The translations under genes and the position numbers were made by a program. The notes beneath the pieces were generated by a model. The model made no database searches. It was not told the DNA's origin and saw only the letters and a program-made list of their open reading frames with translations. Shown here in pieces: positions 1 to 7,557 of a stretch of 64,000 bases of DNA. Numbering within the stretch: the first letter of the stretch is position 1; every line of letters starts with the position of its first letter. The stretch comes from Pedococcus sp. (GTDB lineage Bacteria > Actinomycetota > Actinomycetes > Actinomycetales > Dermatophilaceae): the NCBI GenBank assembly GCA_039916625.1, contig JBDSKZ010000027.1:5497-69496 (forward strand), read 5' to 3'.

Positions 1-529
1 GCTGCTTCAGCAGGGCGTCGTCCCACACCCCGACGGCCCGACGGCCCAGTCGCCCCCCTGCGACGAGGGCCACGAGGGCTGCGACGGCACCGGCGACGAC
101 GAGGGCGATGAGGAGTCGGTGCCGCTCGGACTCGTACTGTGCGAGGTCGACACCGGCCTGCACGACACGCTCGCCCACCTTCCGCGTCCGGGTCTGGTAC
201 TCGCCGTCCTCGACGTAGGCTTCGCGGTCGACCTCGGTGCCCCGGCGCGCCTGCTCGAGGTCGTCATCGGTCGGCAGGGAGGCGGGGGCGCCCACGGACG
301 CGGTACGCCGGCCGCTGCCGTCCACACTGACCACCCACGTGCCGCTCGGCACGGCACGGGCGTCCGGCACCGACAACAGCGCGGTCAGCTGCGACTGCAC
401 CTCGCGGTGCTGGCCGACCAGGACCAGACCGACCGTCGCCAGGCCTGCGACCAGGACACCTGCCACCACTCCCGCGAGCGCCTGGACCGCGATGACCCGG
501 CGAGCTCGGTCGAAGGCGTCGGTGCTCAC
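1..529 (-). CDS. putative sensor histidine kinase, N-terminal part (3' end runs off the window)
   Basis: My own minus-strand translation from GTG 529..527 gives an open, high-GC3 frame all the way to base 1. The start overlaps the response-regulator stop (GTGA). Sequence: VSTDAFDRARRVIAVQALAGVVAGVLVAGLATVGLVLVG (TM1), then a ~110-aa loop, then HRLLIALVVAGAVAALVALVAGG (TM2), then RLGRRAVGVWDDALLKQ (HAMP-like entry). The kinase core is outside the window. The call rests on topology and operon position. The ORF is absent from the supplied track because it has no stop in the window. Confidence 0.55.
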   Translation of the reverse strand, partial: MSTDAFDRARRVIAVQALAGVVAGVLVAGLATVGLVLVGQHREVQSQLTALLSVPDARAVPSGTWVVSVDGSGRRTASVGAPASLPTDDDLEQARRGTEVDREAYVEDGEYQTRTRKVGERVVQAGVDLAQYESERHRLLIALVVAGAVAALVALVAGGRLGRRAVGVWDDALLKQ

Positions 530-1221
530 CCGTCGTCCAGCTCACCAGCGCGGTAGCCGACGCCACGCACCGTGCGGATCACATCGCGGCCGAGCTTGCG
601 CCGGATGCCGTAGACGTAGGTGTCCACCAGGGACAGGCTCCGTGTGCCCGGGGCGAGGGAGTCCCGCAGCTCGTCCCGCGAGAACACGCGCGTGGGTCTT
701 CGCGCCAGCTGGGCGAGGAACGCGCCCTCGGCCGGCGAGAGCTCCACCGAGGTCTGGTCGGCGAGCAGGACGACGTGGGTGGTGGTGTCCAACCGCGCCG
801 CACCCAGGGGCAGCAGGACCGCGACGTCGTCGAGGTGGCGGCGCAGCAGGGACCTCACCCGGGCCAACAGCTCGGCGGAGTCGAACGGCTTCACGAGGTA
901 GTCGTCTGCCCCCCCGTCGAGCCCCTCGACACGGTCGCGGACCGTGCCGTGTGCGGTGAGGACGAGCACCGGGGTGGTGACACCCTGTTGCCGCAGCCGC
1001 GACACGAGGTCGACGCCGTCCCCGTCAGGGAGGCGGCGGTCCACGACCATCACCGCGTGGGCGCCGGTCAGGGCCGCGTGCAGGCCGGACTGCACGTCCG
1101 GAACCGCCTGCACGGCATACCCCTGACCCTCGAAGAGCCGCACGAGCAGGGCCCTCAGCTCGCGGTCGTCCTCCACGAGCAACAGTCCGGTGCGCGTCGC
1201 GTCTTCCATGTCGCCCAGCAT
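526..1221 (-). CDS. OmpR/PhoB-family two-component response regulator
   Basis: Receiver-domain motifs are LLLVEDD, VMVVDRRLPDGDG, VLVLTA and DDYLVKPF. The C-terminal winged-helix region reads VYGIRRKLG...IRTVRGVGYR. The ATG at 1221 was checked in the DNA. Confidence 0.9.
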   Translation of the reverse strand: MLGDMEDATRTGLLLVEDDRELRALLVRLFEGQGYAVQAVPDVQSGLHAALTGAHAVMVVDRRLPDGDGVDLVSRLRQQGVTTPVLVLTAHGTVRDRVEGLDGGADDYLVKPFDSAELLARVRSLLRRHLDDVAVLLPLGAARLDTTTHVVLLADQTSVELSPAEGAFLAQLARRPTRVFSRDELRDSLAPGTRSLSLVDTYVYGIRRKLGRDVIRTVRGVGYRAGELDDG

Positions 1222-1230
1222 GGCAGCGGC

Positions 1231-1761
1231 TCAGCGCGCAGGTGCGCCTTCCTCCGACCCGCTTCCCGACGTGGACGTCCCGCTCCACACCGACTGGGCT
1301 CCACTGTGGCCGATCCGGCCGACCTGGACCAGCGTCCCGAGAGCGGCGACCACGCCGAGGACGGCCACGACGCGCAGGACTGCCGGCGAGCCCAGACGGG
1401 CCACGAACCCCTGCGAGCCCTCGTGGCCACCGCGGCTGCCACGCAGCTCGAACCACGCGAGGCCGAACGCCAGGACGGTCACGACGATCATGAACGGCAG
1501 GAGGGTGTCACCGAGCTGGGTGTGCTCACGCAGCTGCGCGGTCTGCTCGACGTTGCGTTCCAGGTTCTCCCCGCTGCTCGTCGCCAGCGGCACCATGACC
1601 AGGCCCAGGAGGGCCGTCGCGGGGGTGGCGTACCGAGCCCAGTGCCGAAAGCGCGGCGACACGGCCGACATCCCGAGGAGCACGGCGGCCAGGGGTACGA
1701 GCACCACGACGGCGTGCACGATCAGCGGGTGGACGGGCAGGCCGAGAAGGGTGTCGGGCAC
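1231..1761 (-). CDS. DUF2231-like integral membrane protein
   Basis: The N-terminus reads VPDTLLGLPVHPLIVHAVVVLVPLA, and there are 4 hydrophobic segments. The GTG start at 1761 is preceded by AGGAG (revcomp of 1767..1771). It is the first gene of the operon with the response regulator and kinase. Confidence 0.7.
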   Translation of the reverse strand: MPDTLLGLPVHPLIVHAVVVLVPLAAVLLGMSAVSPRFRHWARYATPATALLGLVMVPLATSSGENLERNVEQTAQLREHTQLGDTLLPFMIVVTVLAFGLAWFELRGSRGGHEGSQGFVARLGSPAVLRVVAVLGVVAALGTLVQVGRIGHSGAQSVWSGTSTSGSGSEEGAPAR

Positions 1762-1770
1762 GGGGTCTCC

Positions 1771-1820
1771 TGGGTTCAGCGGGGTCAGGCAGGGTCAGGC
1801 AGGGTCAGGCAGGGTCAGCC
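1771..1820. repeat. 10-bp tandem direct repeat (AGGGTCAGGC), four good copies plus one degenerate copy
   Basis: Plus-strand reading: tgggttcagc ggggtcaggc agggtcaggc agggtcaggc agggtcagcc. The repeat lies immediately upstream of the SD and start of the gene at 1231..1761, inside a 118-bp intergenic region. Confidence 0.9.
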
Positions 1821-1879
1821 CAGCGTGCCCCACCATTCTCAACGCATTCTCAAGGCGCACCGGGCGCTGTGGCGCGGGC

Positions 1880-2563
1880 TCACGTCCGGGTGCGGACCAC
1901 CCGGCCGGGCACACCGGCCACCACGCAGTGGTCGGGGTAGCTGCCCCGGGCGACGGCTGCCGCCGCGACGACACTGTGGTCGCCGAGGCGGGTCCCGCGT
2001 GTCACGACGACCTTGGTGCCGATCCACACGTCGTCGCCGATGTGCACCGGCGACTTGACGATGCCCTGGTCCTTGATCGGCACGTCCAGGCGTTCGGTGA
2101 CGTGGTCGAAGTCGCAGACGTAGACGTCGTCGCCGAGCAGGCAGGCCTCACCGATCGAGATGTCGAGCCAGCAGTTCACGGTGTTGCGTATGCCGATCAC
2201 GGACTTGGCACCGATCCGCAAGGTCCCTTCGTGGGCCCGCAGGCGGGCGTGGGCGCCGAAGTGCGTGTAGGCACCGACGACGAGGCGTCCGTAGCCCTCA
2301 CGGACCTCGAACCGGACGTCCGGGCCGATGAAGCAGGGCCCCTCGAAGCGCAGCGACGGGTAGCGTGCGCTGGCTCGCGCCATCCGCAGGTAGCTCAGCA
2401 GGTGGTGGCGGGTGAAGGCCCGGTGCGAGAGCGCCCAACCGACCCACCGCAGCCACCGCAGCGGCTGCGGGGTACCCCACCTACCACGCACTCCGCGCCC
2501 CCGTCGCCGTCCCCGCACGCCGTGGTCGGCGGGCGACATGTCGGCCTCGGCTGCAGCGTCCAC
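1880..2563 (-). CDS. hexapeptide-repeat (left-handed beta-helix) acyltransferase
   Basis: Hexapeptide-like repeats are IGAKSVIGIRNTVNCWLDISIGEACLLGDDVYVCD and VHIGDDVWIGTKVVVTRGTRLGDHSVVAAAAVV. The start is uncertain: GTG 2563 or ATG 2539. Confidence 0.7.
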   Translation of the reverse strand: MDAAAEADMSPADHGVRGRRRGRGVRGRWGTPQPLRWLRWVGWALSHRAFTRHHLLSYLRMARASARYPSLRFEGPCFIGPDVRFEVREGYGRLVVGAYTHFGAHARLRAHEGTLRIGAKSVIGIRNTVNCWLDISIGEACLLGDDVYVCDFDHVTERLDVPIKDQGIVKSPVHIGDDVWIGTKVVVTRGTRLGDHSVVAAAAVARGSYPDHCVVAGVPGRVVRTRT

Positions 2564-2564
2564 C

Positions 2565-3536
2565 TCAGCCGGGCTTCACGCCGGTGATGCCGACGTTGTA
2601 GAAGAACTTGGCCGGTACCACCCGCGCCAGCACCCGGTCGACGGCGGACAGCCGCCGCCACGAGCCGTAGGCGAACCTCGCCCAGCCCCACCCGAGGGCG
2701 CCGGGGCTGACGGCCGCCTCGAAGGTCCGCACCGGCCACCCGAGGAACGCCGCGGTGAGCTCCTCGGTACGGGTCCGCACGTCCACGGCGCCGGCACGCA
2801 GCGCCATCCGCGCGAGCTCGTCGGGGTCGAAGGTGTGCAGGTCGACGACCGCCTCGAGGGCCGCGGCCCGCGACGACTGGTCGAGCGCCTCGGGCGCCTT
2901 GGCCCAGGTGCCCCGTAGCGGCGGCAGGGCAGTGACCGCCTTGGTCGTGTGCCAGGTGAGGCGGCCGAGGTGTCGGGCGTACCAGTCGCCGATCCGGGTC
3001 GGCTCGCCCGCCACGACGAACCGTCCGCCGGGCTTGAGCACACGCAGCATCTCGGCGAAGGCAGCCTCGACGTCAGGGACGTGGTGGATCACCGCGTGCC
3101 CGACGACGACGTCAAAGGTGTTGTCGTCGTATGGAATTCGTTCCGCGTCCGCGACACGGCCCTTGACGGTGAAGCCGAGCTTCTCGGCGTTGGCCTTGGC
3201 CGCCGCGACCATGCATGGCGACAGGTCGGTCACGTCGACCTCGTCGACGATGCCGGCCTGCTTGAGGTTGAGCGAGAAGAACCCCGTCCCGGCGCCGAGC
3301 TCGAGCGCCGTGGCGTAGGGCAGGGGGTCCGGCAGGCCCGTGATCGCCTCGAAGCGGTCCCGGGCGTAGGCGGTGCAGCGCTCGTCGAAGGAGATCGACC
3401 ACTTGTCGTCATAGCTCTGGGCTTCCCAGTCGTGGTAGAGCACCTGGGCGAGCTTGTTGTCCTCGTAGGCGCGCGCCACGTCCTCGCGGCTCACGGGGCC
3501 GGTGCCCGTGCGCGGGGGCCCAGGGCTGCTGGCCAT
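2565..3536 (-). CDS. class I SAM-dependent methyltransferase
   Basis: SAM-binding motif I is LELGAGTGFFSLNL. It is followed by FDVVVGHAVIHHVPD and LKPGGRFVV. The ATG at 3536 was verified. Confidence 0.8.
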   Translation of the reverse strand: MASSPGPPRTGTGPVSREDVARAYEDNKLAQVLYHDWEAQSYDDKWSISFDERCTAYARDRFEAITGLPDPLPYATALELGAGTGFFSLNLKQAGIVDEVDVTDLSPCMVAAAKANAEKLGFTVKGRVADAERIPYDDNTFDVVVGHAVIHHVPDVEAAFAEMLRVLKPGGRFVVAGEPTRIGDWYARHLGRLTWHTTKAVTALPPLRGTWAKAPEALDQSSRAAALEAVVDLHTFDPDELARMALRAGAVDVRTRTEELTAAFLGWPVRTFEAAVSPGALGWGWARFAYGSWRRLSAVDRVLARVVPAKFFYNVGITGVKPG

Positions 3537-3539
3537 CGC

Positions 3540-4319
3540 TCAGGCGCCCTCGAACTTCGCCTTGCCCGGACCGTTCTCGACGAACGACTTCATGCCGATG
3601 GTGCGGTCCTTCGTGGCGAACAGCGATGCGAAGAGCATCCGCTCGATCTCGAGCCCGGTGTCGAGGTCGACCTCCACCCCGCGGTCGATGGCCTCCTTGG
3701 CTGCGCGGATGGCGTAGGCCGGTCCCCCGACGTACTGGGTGAGGCGCGCTCGCGCGGCGGCATACACGTCCTGTGCCTCGACGACCTCGTCGACGAGCCC
3801 GATCGCGAGCGCCTCGTCGGCGGAGACGAACCGGCCGGAGAAGATGATCTCCTTGGCCCTGGACGGGCCGACGAGCCTCGCCAGGCGCTGGGTGCCACCG
3901 GCACCGGGGATGATGCCGAGCAGGATCTCGGGTTGGCCGAGCTTGGCATTCTTCGCGGCGACGCGGAAGTCGCACGCGAGCGCGACCTCGCAACCACCCC
4001 CGAGGGCGTAGCCGGTAATGGCGGCGACCGTGGGCTTGGGGATCCGCGAGAGGGTGCGCGTGAAGTCCTGCAGGGCGCCGGAGTAGTCGGCCATGTCGGT
4101 GTAGGACATGGTCTGCATCTCCTTGATGTCCGCTCCGGCGGCGAAGACCTTCTCACCGCCGTAGAGGATCACGCCGGACACGTCACGGCGCTGTCCCACC
4201 TCGAGCGCCGCGGCGGACAGGGCGCCCTGGACCTCGGCGTTGAGGGCGTTCATCGGCGGACGGTCGAGCAGGATCGTCGCGATACCGCCCTCGACCTCGA
4301 CCGAGACGACGTCGCTCAT
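3540..4319 (-). CDS. enoyl-CoA hydratase/isomerase (crotonase) family
   Basis: Crotonase-type sequence: ATILLDRPPMNAL, FAAGADIKEM, GYALGGGCEVALACDFRVAA, GQPEILLGIIPGAGGTQRL. The start overlaps the upstream stop (ATGA). Confidence 0.85.
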   Translation of the reverse strand: MSDVVSVEVEGGIATILLDRPPMNALNAEVQGALSAAALEVGQRRDVSGVILYGGEKVFAAGADIKEMQTMSYTDMADYSGALQDFTRTLSRIPKPTVAAITGYALGGGCEVALACDFRVAAKNAKLGQPEILLGIIPGAGGTQRLARLVGPSRAKEIIFSGRFVSADEALAIGLVDEVVEAQDVYAAARARLTQYVGGPAYAIRAAKEAIDRGVEVDLDTGLEIERMLFASLFATKDRTIGMKSFVENGPGKAKFEGA

Positions 4320-4801
4320 ACCGGGTCACCGTCCGTGGTGGGCTGGCCCTCCCCGGGGCCGGTGTCGCCCCCACCCATGATCCGCTCGTGCCACATCTGC
4401 ACCCCGGCGAGGACGAGCTGGATGCTGACGTTGACCAGACCGGGGACGTCGGTGTTGGGGACCACGATGTGCTCGCCGGTGACGATGAGGGTGTCGTTGG
4501 CCAGGCCCGCCTTGACGATGTTGAGCTGCAGCGTGATCTCGTTGCACGTGGCGAGCCGGGTGAGCGGGTCGTTGGGCACGGCGTCGCTGATGGCCCACTG
4601 GCCGAACAGTCGCATGATCTGGAAGTCACCCTCGGTGCAGCGCACGAACAGCTGCTGGTCCTGCACGGTGAACGCCACATCGCCGTCCCCGTCGATGTCG
4701 GGCGACAGGCCCATGTCGATCAGTGCGTCCAGGACGCGACCGCGAAGGGGGTGCTCGTCCGCGGGCGGCGGGAAGTTGGGCAGCGACGTGGGATCGGTCA
4801 T
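4316..4801 (-). CDS. YbjN-like (putative sensory transduction / chaperone-like) domain protein
   Basis: MTDPTSLPNFPPPADEHPLRGRVLDALIDMGLSPDIDGDGDVAFTVQDQQLFVRC... resembles the bacterial YbjN/DUF1821 fold family. I chose the internal ATG at 4801. The track start at 4882 would run through the glgX start. Confidence 0.5.
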   Translation of the reverse strand: MTDPTSLPNFPPPADEHPLRGRVLDALIDMGLSPDIDGDGDVAFTVQDQQLFVRCTEGDFQIMRLFGQWAISDAVPNDPLTRLATCNEITLQLNIVKAGLANDTLIVTGEHIVVPNTDVPGLVNVSIQLVLAGVQMWHERIMGGGDTGPGEGQPTTDGDPV

Positions 4802-4829
4802 GCGCCAACCGTAACCACTACCTAGTCTG

Positions 4830-6995
4830 GTGACCATGTCGCCTGCCACGCGCCCGCGTGACCTTCCTCCCACCCTGGGCATGACCCTCGTCGAGGGCGG
4901 CGCCGAGTTCGCCGTCTACGCCGGCCACGCCGAGTCGGTCGAGGTGTGCCTCTTCGAGCCCGGCGACACCGACGGCTCCACCGAGCAACGCGTCGCCCTC
5001 ACCGGGCGCACCCACGGCACGTGGTTCGGCTTCCTGCCCGGCGTGGTTGCGGGCCAGCGGTATGGCGTGCGCGCCGACGGTCCGTGGCGCCCCCAGGAGG
5101 GCCTTCGGTACAACCCGCACAAGCTGCTGCTCGACCCGTACGCCCGCGCCATCGAGGGCGACGTCGACTGGTCGCCGCAGGTCTACGCGCATGCCGTCGA
5201 CGCCCGGCTCAAGGGTGACGACGTGTTGCGCGGCACGCTCGACAGCGCAGGGGCCGTGCCGCGCTGCGTCGTCGTCGAGGACCGCTTCGACTGGGGAGAC
5301 GACCGCCACCCGCACACCCCGCTGGCCGACTCCGTCATCTACGAGGCACACGTCCGCAACCTCACGATGCTCCACCCGCAGGTGCCCGAGCACCTGCGGG
5401 GGACCTATGCCGGGTTGTGCCATCCCGCGGTCATCGCCCACCTCAAGGCGGTGGGCGCCACCGCCGTCGAGCTGCTCCCGGTGCACGCCTTCGCCTCCGA
5501 GCCAGAGGTGGTGCAGCGTGGGCTGAGCAACCACTGGGGTTACAACACCCTGGGCTTCTTCGCGCCGCACTCCCCCTACGCCTCGACGACCGACCCGCAG
5601 GGCGCGCTCGACGAGTTCAAGGGCATGGTGCGGCTGCTGCACGCCGAGGGCATCGAGGTCCTGCTCGACGTCGTCTACAACCACACGGCCGAGCAGTCCC
5701 GGCACGGCGCCTCCTTGTCGTGGCGTGGTCTGGACAACCGCGCCTACTACCGCCTCGACGATCGCGGCCAGGACATCGACGTGACCGGTTGCGGCAACAC
5801 CCTCGACCTGCGGCACGCGATGGTCTGCAAGATGGTGCTCGACTCGTTGCGCTACTGGGTGGACGAGTGCCATGTCGACGGCTTCCGCTTCGACCTCGCG
5901 GTTGCCCTCGGGCGCGGCCAGAACGACGACTACGACCCGAACCACCCGTTCCTCGTGGCGCTGCGCACGGACCCGGTGCTCTCCCGCGTCAAGCTCATCG
6001 CGGAGCCGTGGGACGTGGGCATCCACGGCTGGCGCACGGGGCAGTTCCCGCCGCCCTTCGCCGAGTGGAACGACCGCTTCCGCGACGCCGTGCGCACCTT
6101 CTGGCTGCAGGACATCGCTGCTGCGACCCGGGGCCACGAGGGCCACGGCGTCCGCGAGCTCGGCACCCGGCTCGCGGGGTCCCAGGACCTGTTCGGCGCA
6201 CGCGACCGGGGTCCGGTCGCGTCGGTCAACTTCGTCGCCGCCCACGACGGGTTCACGGTGGCCGACCTCACCGCATACAACTCCAAGCACAACGGTCCCA
6301 ACGGTGAGGGCAACCGGGACGGCACGGACGGCAACCGGTCCTGGAACCACGGGGTCGAGGGGCCGGTCGTCGACGGCGACGACCGTCGGGACAGGATCGA
6401 GGCAGCGAGGCGGCGCTCCATGCGCAACCTGCTCGCCACCACCCTGCTCGCCACCGGCGTGCCGATGCTCAACGCCGGGGACGAGTTCGGGCGCTCGCAG
6501 GGCGGCAACAACAACCCCTACTGCCAGGACAACGAGGTCTCGTGGTTCGACTGGGACCTCGAGCCGTGGCAGCAGGACCTGCTGGCCACGACGGGCTTCC
6601 TCACCCGGCTGCGGGCCGAGCACCCCGTGCTGCGCCAGCGGACGTTCTTCACCGGCCGGGCGGTCCACGCCGACGGCTCGACCGACCTGTCGTGGTTCGG
6701 CTCCGACGGCGAGCCGATGGCCAACGGCCACTGGGAGGACACGGCGACACGCACCCTCCAGATGCTCCTCGACGGGGCCAGGCTGGAGCACCGATCACTC
6801 TTGCTCGTCCTGCGTGGCGACGCCGAGGACGGCAAGGTCACCCTGCCCACGGTGGCGGGTGCGACAGGGTACGAGCTGCTGTGGGACTCCTACGACCAGC
6901 GCCCTGTCCAGGCGCCGTCAGCGGTGGTGGACCCCGGAGTCGTCGAGGTCCGCGGCGCCAGCCTGCAGGTCTACCGGACCGTCGACCAGTCCTGA
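4830..6995 (+). CDS. glgX: glycogen debranching enzyme GlgX
   Basis: The N-terminal CBM48-like region reads GAEFAVYAGHAESVEVCLF. GH13 motifs are VVYNHT, VDGFRFDLA, IAEPWD and FVAAHDGFT. The start is GTG 4830 or ATG 4836. Confidence 0.9.
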   Translation: MTMSPATRPRDLPPTLGMTLVEGGAEFAVYAGHAESVEVCLFEPGDTDGSTEQRVALTGRTHGTWFGFLPGVVAGQRYGVRADGPWRPQEGLRYNPHKLLLDPYARAIEGDVDWSPQVYAHAVDARLKGDDVLRGTLDSAGAVPRCVVVEDRFDWGDDRHPHTPLADSVIYEAHVRNLTMLHPQVPEHLRGTYAGLCHPAVIAHLKAVGATAVELLPVHAFASEPEVVQRGLSNHWGYNTLGFFAPHSPYASTTDPQGALDEFKGMVRLLHAEGIEVLLDVVYNHTAEQSRHGASLSWRGLDNRAYYRLDDRGQDIDVTGCGNTLDLRHAMVCKMVLDSLRYWVDECHVDGFRFDLAVALGRGQNDDYDPNHPFLVALRTDPVLSRVKLIAEPWDVGIHGWRTGQFPPPFAEWNDRFRDAVRTFWLQDIAAATRGHEGHGVRELGTRLAGSQDLFGARDRGPVASVNFVAAHDGFTVADLTAYNSKHNGPNGEGNRDGTDGNRSWNHGVEGPVVDGDDRRDRIEAARRRSMRNLLATTLLATGVPMLNAGDEFGRSQGGNNNPYCQDNEVSWFDWDLEPWQQDLLATTGFLTRLRAEHPVLRQRTFFTGRAVHADGSTDLSWFGSDGEPMANGHWEDTATRTLQMLLDGARLEHRSLLLVLRGDAEDGKVTLPTVAGATGYELLWDSYDQRPVQAPSAVVDPGVVEVRGASLQVYRTVDQS

Positions 6996-7445
6996 CGGTT
7001 CGCCACCTGGACCTCGCTGGCGCCCCGGGTCGGTGGGACCGCGCCAGGGGTGGGTGAGCAGGGCGGCCACCACCGGCGCCCCGACCAGCCCGACGGACAG
7101 CAACAGCCGGGGGTCGTCAGCCGAAGGTGCGAAGGCGCGCACCCAGACCCAGAGCAGCACGCCGATCACCAGCCCCACGGGGGCGACTCTCAAGCGCACC
7201 GAGGGCACGATCACCAGGGTGAGCGCGACCAGGGGCAGCACGGTGACGCCGAGGACGAGCAGGCCCCAGACCGTGAACCAGTCGTTGCGGGTCAGGAGTC
7301 CGACCACGTAGAGCAGGGTGGCCAGGCCCACGAACACCGCGACCGCGAGGGCCTCCACGGCATAGGCGCGCCAGATGCGGCTCCAGCCGCGGGCGCTGTT
7401 CACCCCCGCGCCGACCGGGCGACGCCGAGCGTGCGCGGACCTCAT
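6918..7445 (-). CDS. hypothetical integral membrane protein
   Basis: There are 4 hydrophobic helices (AVEALAVAVFVGLATLLYVVGLL, WGLLVLGVTVLPLVALTLVIV, VGLVIGVLLWVWV, LLLSVGLVGAPVVAALL). The ATG at 7445 was verified. The 3' tail overlaps the glgX 3' end by 78 bp, so the C-terminus is uncertain. Confidence 0.45.
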   Translation of the reverse strand: MRSAHARRRPVGAGVNSARGWSRIWRAYAVEALAVAVFVGLATLLYVVGLLTRNDWFTVWGLLVLGVTVLPLVALTLVIVPSVRLRVAPVGLVIGVLLWVWVRAFAPSADDPRLLLSVGLVGAPVVAALLTHPWRGPTDPGRQRGPGGEPSGLVDGPVDLQAGAADLDDSGVHHR

Positions 7446-7557
7446 GGGCCAAGCCTCCCAGAACGGCCCGACGAGCGGGCCGCATCGCCGGACACCGTCG
7501 CGCCACGCGCCACGCGCCACGCGGCGCGCGGCACGACCAGGTCCTGCGGGAGCCGGG

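Noticed and set aside
1771-1820. A possible CRISPR or minisatellite interpretation of the short tandem repeats. This also covers the 11-bp tandem at 27789..27820 and the 7-bp GGGTCAT repeat (x3) at ~28451..28475
   Set aside because: The units are 7-11 bp, strictly head-to-tail with no spacers, and no cas genes are present. This is not CRISPR architecture.
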